From: an uncultured Candidatus Saccharibacteria bacterium
GTDB taxonomy: Bacteria; Patescibacteriota; Saccharimonadia; Saccharimonadales; UBA10212
Assembly: GCA_964448925.1 (NCBI GenBank)
Contig: CAYUXQ010000001.1
Location: 38,405-82,140 of the forward strand
Reading direction: 5' to 3'
Length of the DNA stretch: 43,736 bases
Shown here: positions 34,402 to 42,812 of the stretch, piece by piece
Layout: each line of letters begins with the position of its first letter
Position numbering within the stretch: the first letter of the stretch is position 1
The notes under the pieces: model-generated
What the model saw: only the letters and a program-made list of their open reading frames with translations
Told to the model about the DNA's origin: nothing
Databases searched by the model: none
Made by a program: the position numbers and the translations under genes

Positions 34402-35204
34402 TTGCTGTCCAGTTCTATACTTACCGGGCAATGGTCACTTCCCATAATGTCTGAGTGTATTTTAGCGCTTTTTAAGCGCGATTTTAAGACCTTCGAAACC
34501 AAAAAATAATCAATTCGCCAGCCCACATTGCGTTCGCGGGCATTGGCCCAATGCGTCCACCAGGAGTAATGCCCGTTGCCTTTTGTAAACTCTCGGAAAG
34601 TATCAACGAACCCATGATCGATAAGTGCCTCAAAACCGGCTCGTTCTTCGTCAGTAAAACCGCGTTTGCCAACATTTTCTTTAGGGCGGGCTAAGTCGTC
34701 TTCGGTGTGGGCGACATTTAAATCGCCGCAAAAAATTACCGGTTTCTGGCTTTCCAGTTGTTTCAAATAAGACAAGAAGGCTTTGTCCCAGGCTTGGCGG
34801 ATAGGCACACGCGAAAGGTCGTCTTTTACATTGATTGTGTAAACGCCGACTATAAAAAAGTCGGGGTATTCAGCCGTGATTACCCTGCCTTCTTTGTTTG
34901 GTTCGCCGTAAACATCGCCATGAACACCGTATTTTTTAATAATATCCTCAGGCAAGCCGTTAATAACATTGAGCGGTTTTGTTTTGGTAAATATTGCTGT
35001 TCCGCTGTAGCCTTTTTTTTCGGCCGAATTCCAGTATTCTTGATAATCTGGCAAGTCAACCGGTGACTGGTCTGGTTGGGCTTTGGTTTCTTGCAGACAC
35101 AGAATGTCTGGTTGGTGGGCTTCAATAAACGGTGCAAAAAGACCTTTGTTGTAGACCGCTCGGATACCATTCACATTCCAAGAATAGATTTTTAAAGCTC
35201 TCAT
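34398..35204 (-). CDS. xth: Exodeoxyribonuclease III
   Basis: YSWNVNGIRA, LCLQETK and GSDHCPV motifs. Confidence 0.9.
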   Translation of the reverse strand: MRALKIYSWNVNGIRAVYNKGLFAPFIEAHQPDILCLQETKAQPDQSPVDLPDYQEYWNSAEKKGYSGTAIFTKTKPLNVINGLPEDIIKKYGVHGDVYGEPNKEGRVITAEYPDFFIVGVYTINVKDDLSRVPIRQAWDKAFLSYLKQLESQKPVIFCGDLNVAHTEDDLARPKENVGKRGFTDEERAGFEALIDHGFVDTFREFTKGNGHYSWWTHWANARERNVGWRIDYFLVSKVLKSRLKSAKIHSDIMGSDHCPVSIELDSK

Positions 35205-35653
35205 AGCACGCTTCTCTCAATATCGCGTTCTTGTTGGCGTTTTTTGATGGTTTCGCGCTTGTCATAGCGTTTTTTCCCCCGCCCAGTACTGATACGCAGT
35301 TTTATAAACCGTCCACCAGTCAAAATTTCAAGCGGTACAATGGTTTTTCCGGTTTGTTTGGCGACGACTAGCTTGTCTATTTCTTTGCGCTTGGCTAGCA
35401 GTTTGCGGCTGCGGCCAACTTCTGACTCGGCTATTGGTACGCCCGAGCTTCCTTTTATATGTGAATTGATCAGCCATAGTTCGCCTCCTAAAATGTTTAC
35501 ATGCGCCCCCTGTAGCTGACCGTGACCCATGCGTAGGGCTTTGGTCTCAGCCCCGCTCAGAGAAATTCCAACCACCAAAGAATCGTCTAGCTCATAATCA
35601 TGTCTTGCCCGTCGGTTACTGACTTTTCCAGCTTGGGGCTTCTTCTTAGCCAT
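35201..35653 (-). CDS. smpB: SsrA-binding protein SmpB
   Basis: NRRARHDYEL, the LxGxE block and a basic C-terminal tail. ATGA overlap with xth. Confidence 0.95.
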   Translation of the reverse strand: MAKKKPQAGKVSNRRARHDYELDDSLVVGISLSGAETKALRMGHGQLQGAHVNILGGELWLINSHIKGSSGVPIAESEVGRSRKLLAKRKEIDKLVVAKQTGKTIVPLEILTGGRFIKLRISTGRGKKRYDKRETIKKRQQERDIERSVL

Positions 35654-35687
35654 AAGGCTTATTATACCCCTGCTTTGTCTCTGTTAA

Positions 35688-36815
35688 CTATTCTTTTTGC
35701 AAAAGTCTTTGGTTCTGGGCATTTGTCTGGGCAACTTCAGATTTAACTACATTCCAAATACCAGGCTGGTTTTTGGTGGTTTTAAGCCAGTACCACCATT
35801 CTTCACCCCACAAATATATTTCGCGCATGCCGGTAGCTTCGCCGTAGGCTATGCGTGTCTTCATGCGCTTTGGATTCATTGACTTGTACATTTCGTTAAT
35901 GCTCAAGTTTTGAATATCTTCGCCGTTGGGAGTCCACGATTCTGCCTGTAACTCGTGGATTATCATATTTTTGCCGGTCAGCAGTTCTGCCCAGCCAGCA
36001 AGCATTGAATAAAACCAGGCAGGCAATGGATACTCGAAATAGCGGTGAGTAAAGGTTGCATCCCATACCCTTTTATAGACTGAAATACCAAATTCGTCTG
36101 GTCGAGGCTGTCCCAGTGGCAGGCCCACCCAGTTATTACTTCGGCTGACTATGACTGGCTTTGACGGGTCAAGTTGCTTGACCATATTGAACTCTTCGAC
36201 TAGTCGAGTTCGGTCAAAGTTTTTGCACTCGCCAAAAACACTCATAAAAAATTCGTTTTCCAGTTGGTATGACTGTAAGCTTGGGCGGTTTTTGTAACGG
36301 TCTATTACTGCACCCATATATTTGTAAAGCTGGGGTTTCCAAGTATTTTCAGGCGCTGAAATGTTAACCCAGCTTGGCTCATGGCATTCTGGCCAACGGG
36401 GCTGACGAAGCCCAACCGCTAAGCTTACTTTAGCGTCATACTTTTCGGCCATATCAAACTGCCAATCAAGATCTGAAAAGTCATAAGTTCCGGGGTCTTT
36501 TTCAATATTGTTCCAGTAACTGACCAGCCTAACTTGGCGCATTCCCAGCTCTGAAAAAGCTGCCTCTAGAGTCTGTTTGGGGTCTAGCCCAAAACTGCGG
36601 GCGTAGTCTGATACAAAGGTGGTCCCCAGTGCCAGCGGCTCCTTGTTGTGTTTATGGATATACCACTGGGCTACAGCGTAATTTAAGCCAACCAGTGCTA
36701 GTATAAAACCCGTGAAAACCACCGCAGTTTTGCGCCAGCGCGAACCGTGCCAAATAAAATTAGCCACCCCCTTCCAGCCGGCTTGCCTAGTTGTGGACTT
36801 CTTCTTGGTCGGCAT
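35688..36815 (-). CDS. Membrane-anchored clan GH-A (GH5/GH42-like) glycoside hydrolase
   Basis: N-terminal TM helix, then VRLVSYWNNIEKDPGTYDFSDLDW (GH42/GH5-like). QLENEF is a candidate acid/base and IIHELQAESW a candidate nucleophile. Confidence 0.55.
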   Translation of the reverse strand: MPTKKKSTTRQAGWKGVANFIWHGSRWRKTAVVFTGFILALVGLNYAVAQWYIHKHNKEPLALGTTFVSDYARSFGLDPKQTLEAAFSELGMRQVRLVSYWNNIEKDPGTYDFSDLDWQFDMAEKYDAKVSLAVGLRQPRWPECHEPSWVNISAPENTWKPQLYKYMGAVIDRYKNRPSLQSYQLENEFFMSVFGECKNFDRTRLVEEFNMVKQLDPSKPVIVSRSNNWVGLPLGQPRPDEFGISVYKRVWDATFTHRYFEYPLPAWFYSMLAGWAELLTGKNMIIHELQAESWTPNGEDIQNLSINEMYKSMNPKRMKTRIAYGEATGMREIYLWGEEWWYWLKTTKNQPGIWNVVKSEVAQTNAQNQRLLQKE

Positions 36816-36833
36816 TAAATGGTATTCTAACTA

Positions 36834-37685
36834 GTGATGCTTAATAACAAAAATAAAACTCTTAAGCTCACACTAGTTATACCAGTTTATAACGAGCAAA
36901 ACCACCTGGAAGCCTGTCTAGCTTCGGTTGCTAAACAAACCTTTGTTCCTTATGAAGTTATTGTGGTAGATAACAACTCAACAGATAGTTCTATCCAAAT
37001 GGCTCGGAATTTTCCATTTGTAAGCCTTGTCACAGAAAAAAAACAGGGTGTTCTGTATGCTCGAACCCGAGGTTTCGACAAGGCCAGGGGGGACATTATC
37101 GCCCGAATAGATGCCGATACTATGTTACCCCCCCGTTGGTGCGAGAAACTTACAGCGGTCTTTGAAGAATCCAAGATCAGTGCAGTAACCGGGCCGGTCT
37201 ATTACTACGACATGCCTTTTGCTGCCAGTAACCACCACCCCGACCATTTTATGCGTCACTCTATTTATAATTGGTCACCAAAAAGTCCCTTTCTCTTTGG
37301 ATCAAATATGGCCATAAGGCGTAGTGCATGGGAGCAAGTTAAAGCGGATCTTTGTAGTCACAGCCAGATACATGAAGACCTAGATCTCGCAGTACATCTC
37401 TTTAATGCTCATCATATAATCCATTACACCAAAGATTTGCTAGCCGGCGCTTCCGGTCGTCGCTACAATGACAGTCCGGCTAAATTCTACCGTTATTTGT
37501 CTATATACCGTCAGACATATTTACAGCATGGCATGCACAGCCTGGCCATTTATAGCGCAACAGGGGTTTATGCTTTTGGCTATATTGTGGTTCACCCTTG
37601 GCTGAGTATATGGTACAGAGTTTGTGGTATTACCAAGCCTTTGGTGCCATTTGTACGCGGTTCGCGCCGCAGCCCCAATTGGTAG
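36834..37685 (+). CDS. Glycosyltransferase family 2
   Basis: LVIPVYNEQNHL, VVDNNSTDSS and RIDADT (DxD) motifs. ATG 36837 is an alternative start. Confidence 0.85.
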   Translation: MMLNNKNKTLKLTLVIPVYNEQNHLEACLASVAKQTFVPYEVIVVDNNSTDSSIQMARNFPFVSLVTEKKQGVLYARTRGFDKARGDIIARIDADTMLPPRWCEKLTAVFEESKISAVTGPVYYYDMPFAASNHHPDHFMRHSIYNWSPKSPFLFGSNMAIRRSAWEQVKADLCSHSQIHEDLDLAVHLFNAHHIIHYTKDLLAGASGRRYNDSPAKFYRYLSIYRQTYLQHGMHSLAIYSATGVYAFGYIVVHPWLSIWYRVCGITKPLVPFVRGSRRSPNW

Positions 37686-37698
37686 TATTATTTAGTAA

Positions 37699-38448
37699 AT
37701 GTCAACTGCTAAACCGACTGTTTCGGTGATTATTCCGGCCTACAACGAGGCGACATACATAGACAGGTTGCTAGAAGCCCTCACTAAACAAGATTTTGAT
37801 GGGTTTGAAGTAATTGTTTCAGACGCCGAGTCTGGTGATGGCACTAAGGAAGTTGTAGATGGTTTCAAGAAAAAACTCGATGTAAAATTCGTAACTGCCC
37901 CGCCCTACGGGCCAGCACATGGTAGAAATGTAGGCGCTAAAAAAGCTACCGGCGAATGGCTACTATTCTTGGACGCCGATGTTGATATTGATGATCCGGA
38001 GTTCATAAGAGAACTGGTTGATGGGACTAAAAAAAATGGCTGGCACACATCAAGTGCTAAAATGGATGCCCACGGGAACGCTGGAAAATCTTATGCGAGA
38101 CTGTATAAGTACCAAAGACTTCTTTCTCATACTAAGCGTCCGGTAGCCTCAGGTTATTGTCTATTTACGAATTCCTCTGTATTTAAAAAAAGTGGCGGTT
38201 TTAATGAAAATATTCATTTTGGAGAAGATTATGAATATGTATCCAGGACTGGTACAGGGGGCAAGTTCGGTTTTGTAAACACAACATATTATTATGTTGA
38301 CCCACGACGGAATGAAAAAGATGGCTGGAAGCTTACATGCCAAGGGACCTTAAACGAGTTCTATAGACTTATATTTGGCTACAATAAACTCGAAAAAAAA
38401 CCTATAAAATACGAATTCGGAAAACATGCCAAGCGCGGTAGTAAATAA
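37699..38448 (+). CDS. Glycosyltransferase family 2 (small, polyprenyl-phosphate sugar synthase-like)
   Basis: VIIPAYNEATYI, VSDAESGDGT and FLDADV motifs. The gene overlaps the downstream GtrA gene by 23 nt. Confidence 0.8.
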   Translation: MSTAKPTVSVIIPAYNEATYIDRLLEALTKQDFDGFEVIVSDAESGDGTKEVVDGFKKKLDVKFVTAPPYGPAHGRNVGAKKATGEWLLFLDADVDIDDPEFIRELVDGTKKNGWHTSSAKMDAHGNAGKSYARLYKYQRLLSHTKRPVASGYCLFTNSSVFKKSGGFNENIHFGEDYEYVSRTGTGGKFGFVNTTYYYVDPRRNEKDGWKLTCQGTLNEFYRLIFGYNKLEKKPIKYEFGKHAKRGSK

Positions 38449-38866
38449 CTGGCAAAGGTATTCACGCCACCCCCGGGTAATCCAGTTTTTGGAATACATG
38501 GTTGGCGGCGGCGTGTACTTTTGGGGAGGTCTGGCTGTTTTTGCGTTGTGCTACAACCTGTTCGGCTGGCCTTGGTGGGTTTCTAAAGTCCTGGCCGATA
38601 TTATCGGTTGGAGCGCTAATTACCTTATCCAGCGATACTGGGCTTTTTATGACTCAAAACTAAAAGGACAAGACGGTCGGACAATCGCCAAATTTGTGCT
38701 GGTTAACGGTGTCGATCTGATATTTGACTATCTGATTGTTTGGGCTTTTGTACACAACGGCATAACGCCCTATGTCGGTTTCTTTGTTTCGGCGGCATTC
38801 ACCACCGTTTGGGATTATTTATGGTACCGTTTTTGGGTCTTTAAACCAAAAACCTCTAGAAATTAA
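38426..38866 (+). CDS. GtrA-family membrane protein
   Basis: Four hydrophobic helices, the IQFLEYMVGGGV start and the WSANYLIQRYWAF motif typical of GtrA. Confidence 0.8.
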   Translation: MPSAVVNNWQRYSRHPRVIQFLEYMVGGGVYFWGGLAVFALCYNLFGWPWWVSKVLADIIGWSANYLIQRYWAFYDSKLKGQDGRTIAKFVLVNGVDLIFDYLIVWAFVHNGITPYVGFFVSAAFTTVWDYLWYRFWVFKPKTSRN

Positions 38867-39692
38867 AATCTTCGGTAATTTTTTGGCCCAGCAGCCACTG
38901 GAGAAAACCGTACTTTTTGCGAAGTTGTTTTGCTGCTTCCATTCGTCCACCACTTTTTTCGCCAGCCGTATCATAAGTCTTGTGAGTCACGTCTAGGAGC
39001 GGATCAAATACCACCTTGTACCCACGGTGAGCGTTTTTTATAGCCAAGTCAAATATCTCGCTATATCTGAATTGGGGGTCATAACAACCAAGTCTTTCAA
39101 AAACTTCAGAGTCTACTACCATATTAGCTTCACTAACCCAAAATACTTCTTTACGTTGGGGTTCTTCGGTAATATTGGGCCATTTCCTGAGTGACGGCAA
39201 AACTTTTCTGGCAGCCTTGTCTAGTTTTGGGTTCTGCTTCGTCCAGAGTAGATACTGAACACCTGCCGTCAAGTCATTAATAGCCGATGGCCGGGGTCCA
39301 AAATTGTAAGGATTCTGTAGGCCGTTGGGGTTGCGCACCAGGCCGCCTGAAAAACCAACTAAGGCGTAGGAGGCTAACTCTCGGGCAATTTGCGGGCTAT
39401 CTTTAGAATTGAGTCTAACATCGGAATCCAAGAAATGTATAATAGACCGGCTACCTAGCGCTGGAATCACTCGATTGCGGTTGCCACCAGGCCCAATGTT
39501 CTCCTTGCCAGCTATGATGGTAACATCCGAACCATACGATTGAGCGAGTTCAACTGTCCCATCTCTCGATGCGTCATCCATTACAAACACTTGGTCATAC
39601 TCTTGGTTTAATACTTCATCAACAAGAAATTTAAGAGTGTGTTCAGCGTTATAGGCCGGAATAGCCGCGACAACAGGTCGCCTGTTTTCCAT
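38856..39692 (-). CDS. Glycosyltransferase family 2
   Basis: VAAIPAYNAEHTL, VMDDASRDGT and FLDSDV motifs. Confidence 0.85.
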   Translation of the reverse strand: MENRRPVVAAIPAYNAEHTLKFLVDEVLNQEYDQVFVMDDASRDGTVELAQSYGSDVTIIAGKENIGPGGNRNRVIPALGSRSIIHFLDSDVRLNSKDSPQIARELASYALVGFSGGLVRNPNGLQNPYNFGPRPSAINDLTAGVQYLLWTKQNPKLDKAARKVLPSLRKWPNITEEPQRKEVFWVSEANMVVDSEVFERLGCYDPQFRYSEIFDLAIKNAHRGYKVVFDPLLDVTHKTYDTAGEKSGGRMEAAKQLRKKYGFLQWLLGQKITEDFNF

Positions 39693-39726
39693 GTTGCGAT
39701 ATTATAACATAAATACGGCTATCAGT

Positions 39727-40347
39727 CTATTGGTTGTTGGTTTGTCCGCGGCCGTTGGACTCTACTGTGACTTGGCAAGCGCTCCACAAGCCTTTTTTAG
39801 CCGCTGAAGCGGTCTTTTCCAGCCGAGTGAAGGCTTCTGCTTTCTGAAACGGAAACTGGGTATAGGCAAAGGCATAGCCACCACTCAGCAGCTGTTCCTC
39901 GACCATGCGTCCGTCTGGCAAATATACGTACCTAAGCAGTCGGCCGTAGCGGTCGCGGTTGGTGCCGAGCGGGTCGGCTTGCAGCCGTACACTGGAGTTG
40001 CCTATCAGGTTTTTTGTAAAAGTCGCCGCTTCGGGGCCAAAACATTGCACCGGTGTGTTAGGTTTGTGGGTTTCGGGTGTGTCGACCCCTATCATGCGTA
40101 CTGTTTCGATGTTGCCGTTCATATTAACCGCTATAGTATCGCCGTCTACGAAATGGTCAATTTTGTAGTAGCCAGGTTGGCTTATTTGGCCGGTGTTAAA
40201 GCGCTTATGTAAAACATCGGACTGGATTATCAGCCAAGCGCCTCCCACGGCCAGTATTAGCAAGCCGGTAAAAAGAACCAGGCCAAATAGTTTTCCCCGT
40301 TTTTCTTGCTCCACCGGGCTAAAACTCACCTGCATTATCGCCCACAA
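39727..40347 (-). CDS. Secreted/membrane-anchored thermonuclease (staphylococcal nuclease fold)
   Basis: N-terminal hydrophobic anchor plus VRMIGVDTPE, RYGRLLRYVY and GGYAFAY motifs. Confidence 0.85.
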   Translation of the reverse strand: MWAIMQVSFSPVEQEKRGKLFGLVLFTGLLILAVGGAWLIIQSDVLHKRFNTGQISQPGYYKIDHFVDGDTIAVNMNGNIETVRMIGVDTPETHKPNTPVQCFGPEAATFTKNLIGNSSVRLQADPLGTNRDRYGRLLRYVYLPDGRMVEEQLLSGGYAFAYTQFPFQKAEAFTRLEKTASAAKKGLWSACQVTVESNGRGQTNNQ

Positions 40348-40440
40348 GTTGAGCCTTGAAGGCTTTGTGCACTTCAGTCGGCAAAGACTGCCTGAAAGAA
40401 GCCTGAGTACTAAAGAGATCCATAAAGCGAATTATACTCT

Positions 40441-41010
40441 TTAAAAATCAATACCTTTGTTGGCCAAAAACTTATCGTCAAAGTGATGCCGCAGTTTGGT
40501 CATATTGGTGGCAATATCGGCAAATTTTAGGTACTCCAGGGGAAAGTTCCTGCCCGTAAGACATAGGCTAGTCTTTGGCGCCCGGTCTTTTATGAGTTTT
40601 TTTAGGTCGGTTTTCTTTAGTAGTCCGTGATGTACGGCATTATTAATTTCGTCGCAAATAACAATGTCGAATTTACCGCTGGTGGCAGCTTTGTATGCCT
40701 TGTCATAGGTTTTATGAGCGGCTTTTTGATGCTCGGCCTGGGTAACACCTTTGGCACTAATGTCACCGGCGTTATAAAAACCTTTGCCGCCCTTATAAAA
40801 CAGCAGTTTGCTTTTAAAAACCGGTTGGATTTGGTGGATAAAGTCGTGTTCGCCAACATTCCAAGTTTTGATGAACTGTATGTAAGCTGCCCTCCAACCG
40901 TTGCCTAAAGCACGAGCCAGCAGGCCAACACTGGCGCTAGTTTTACCCTTGCCCTCGCCTGTATAGACCACCACTACAGCTGGTTTTGTTTTATAGTCCT
41001 CAAATGCCAC
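40441..41010 (-). CDS. CobA/CobO/BtuR-type corrinoid adenosyltransferase-like P-loop protein
   Basis: GTG start. YTGEGKGKTSASVG P-loop, YIQFIK and ICDEINNAV blocks. Confidence 0.75.
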   Translation of the reverse strand: MAFEDYKTKPAVVVVYTGEGKGKTSASVGLLARALGNGWRAAYIQFIKTWNVGEHDFIHQIQPVFKSKLLFYKGGKGFYNAGDISAKGVTQAEHQKAAHKTYDKAYKAATSGKFDIVICDEINNAVHHGLLKKTDLKKLIKDRAPKTSLCLTGRNFPLEYLKFADIATNMTKLRHHFDDKFLANKGIDF

Positions 41011-41034
41011 TGGACTATTAACTATAGCAAATAA

Positions 41035-41553
41035 TTAAGCAACCTTTTGGGCTTCAGCCGCTTTTAAACGGTGAATCATCCAATAAACACCGCTAGCCAA
41101 TGCCTTAGCTTCTTCTGTAGTATCGACCTGCTCGGTATCTCCCTGGAAGCTGTCACTAACCATTGCACGAAGCTCTTCCATTACTAGTGGAACGCCGTAC
41201 CTAATCTGGCCTCTGGCGTATAATCGAAGAGTTTTTATTTCGTCGCTGTCTTCGGTATATTGGCGCCTGAGATTAAGCATTTCGACTATAGTTTGTTGTA
41301 GGGCGTTTCTTTCGCCTTCTTCTTCGGACAGTGCTCTAATTGCCTTTTCGTCGCGGGCGTCTTTGAGCGGATTGTCGTCTGAAGGCCGAATAATGTCGGC
41401 AATCGGCTTCGTTACCTCTGCCAACGGCTTTATTACACCAGCCCTTTCGTAAGCCAAAAGTAAAATTTCCTCGGTTTCAAACACTCTTTGAACAGCTTCG
41501 TAGTCATTTAGGTCTTGGTCGGCCATCGGCGCTGGTTTAATTAGTTCTGCCAT
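41035..41553 (-). CDS. Hypothetical acidic protein
   Basis: Clean 172-aa ORF rich in Glu/Asp, with no motif I recognise. A good promoter lies upstream. Confidence 0.5.
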   Translation of the reverse strand: MAELIKPAPMADQDLNDYEAVQRVFETEEILLLAYERAGVIKPLAEVTKPIADIIRPSDDNPLKDARDEKAIRALSEEEGERNALQQTIVEMLNLRRQYTEDSDEIKTLRLYARGQIRYGVPLVMEELRAMVSDSFQGDTEQVDTTEEAKALASGVYWMIHRLKAAEAQKVA

Positions 41554-41563
41554 AGTAGATTTT

Positions 41564-41607
41564 ATTATACTGTGAACACCATATGGTCATATGTGATATA
41601 TCTCACA
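41564..41607 (-). promoter_or_regulatory. Class-II-like promoter: CRP-type palindrome TGTGA-N6-TCACA plus a perfect TATAAT
   Basis: TGTGATATATCTCACA lies at 41592-41607. TATAAT on the minus strand lies at 41569..41564, only ~11 nt before ATG 41553. There is no -35 hexamer, and the palindrome centre falls ~42 bp upstream of the inferred TSS. Confidence 0.4.
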
Positions 41608-41660
41608 AACGCTATATGTAGCGTAGTGCTGTAGACACACCAGGGATAGTGCTAATGCTG

Positions 41661-41915
41661 TTAGATTAGCTTAGCCGCTCTTAGGGCTAGGTCTATTTTG
41701 GGCCTGTCAAATCCCAGCATATATTCTTCGCCAATCTTTATTATCGGAATAGCGTTCCAGCCGGTTTTTTGAGAAATTTCTGTCGCTTTTTCCCTGTTTT
41801 CGTCGACATTAACATAGTCGAAAGGCACCCCACGGCTTTTCAGGTAGTTTTTGACCATATGACAAGGTGGGCACCATTCTGCACCGTAAATTGTTATTTT
41901 TAGCGAATCACTCAT
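41661..41915 (-). CDS. Glutaredoxin/NrdH-like small redoxin
   Basis: 84 aa with the IYGAEWCPPCHMVKNYL motif (CPPC) and a thioredoxin-fold pattern. Confidence 0.8.
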   Translation of the reverse strand: MSDSLKITIYGAEWCPPCHMVKNYLKSRGVPFDYVNVDENREKATEISQKTGWNAIPIIKIGEEYMLGFDRPKIDLALRAAKLI

Positions 41916-42051
41916 ATTGCTACTTTTATTTTACCAAATGCAAAGAGCATGGTTAATTTTACAAGCCTGTATCGTTGCATTTATTGGTATAAAGGTTATA
42001 GTTTAGTTATAGCAAACTAAGGGTAGAAGGGGTAAAAGAGGGGTTTTTAAA

Positions 42052-42738
42052 ATGTTTACTAAAGAGAAAACTGCACCAGTAGTTGCCGAGTTTTTTGGAG
42101 CTGCCATGCTGGCGATTATTGTGTTGGTTCTATCAGAAACAACAGCAGTCAGTTATTTTATTGCAACATCAGCAGCTGTAGCATTGGCGGCGATAGTAAT
42201 GCTATTTGGCTCAACATCGGGTGCGCACGCTAACCCTGCCATTACATTTGGCTTGTGGACGGCAAGAAAGATCGGGACCATCAGAGCAGTTGCCTATATA
42301 GTGGCACAGTTATTGGGAGGCTTAGCCGCTTGGCAACTTTATCAGTACTTTACTGAAAAAGCCCTGCCGGCCAAAACAGTTGCTTTTAGTACCAACATAC
42401 TAATAGCTGAACTGGTTGGCGCTGCAATTCTTACAGCGGCTATCGCAGCAATTGTTGTGCGTAAACTAGACGCTGCCCAGTCAGCTCTTATTGCTGGTAC
42501 GGCTATATTCACGGGTGTCGTTGTAGCCGCTACAGCTGGCGCTGGCTACATTAACCCGGCAATTGCGCTTAGCGAACGCGCCTGGAGCAGTGTGTATGTG
42601 CTAGGTCCGCTAGTTGGAGGCTTGGTTGGGGCAAACCTTTACGTTTATGTATTTGGCCCCGATTCGCCAAAGTCAATTCGTGCTTTTAAAATAAGTCGCA
42701 ACAGTTCAAAGCCAAAAACCACCAAGAAAAAGAAATAG
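42052..42738 (+). CDS. MIP-family channel (aquaporin/glycerol facilitator-like)
   Basis: Two NPA boxes (HANPAITFG, YINPAIAL) and six hydrophobic helices. AAGAGGGG lies upstream of the ATG. Confidence 0.9.
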   Translation: MFTKEKTAPVVAEFFGAAMLAIIVLVLSETTAVSYFIATSAAVALAAIVMLFGSTSGAHANPAITFGLWTARKIGTIRAVAYIVAQLLGGLAAWQLYQYFTEKALPAKTVAFSTNILIAELVGAAILTAAIAAIVVRKLDAAQSALIAGTAIFTGVVVAATAGAGYINPAIALSERAWSSVYVLGPLVGGLVGANLYVYVFGPDSPKSIRAFKISRNSSKPKTTKKKK

Positions 42739-42783
42739 TAAACCAAACCCGGAACCCAGATTTGGGTTTTACGGAGCTAAGAG

Positions 42784-42812
42784 AAGTGCCCGCTATTCGC
42801 GGGCACTTTTGA
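42784..42812. terminator. Hairpin terminator between convergent genes
   Basis: AAGTGCCCGC (42784-42793) pairs with GCGGGCACTT (42799-42808). The T-run 42807-42810 (TTTT) follows, sharing its first two Ts with the stem. The stem overlaps the stop codon of the minus-strand gene. Confidence 0.6.
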
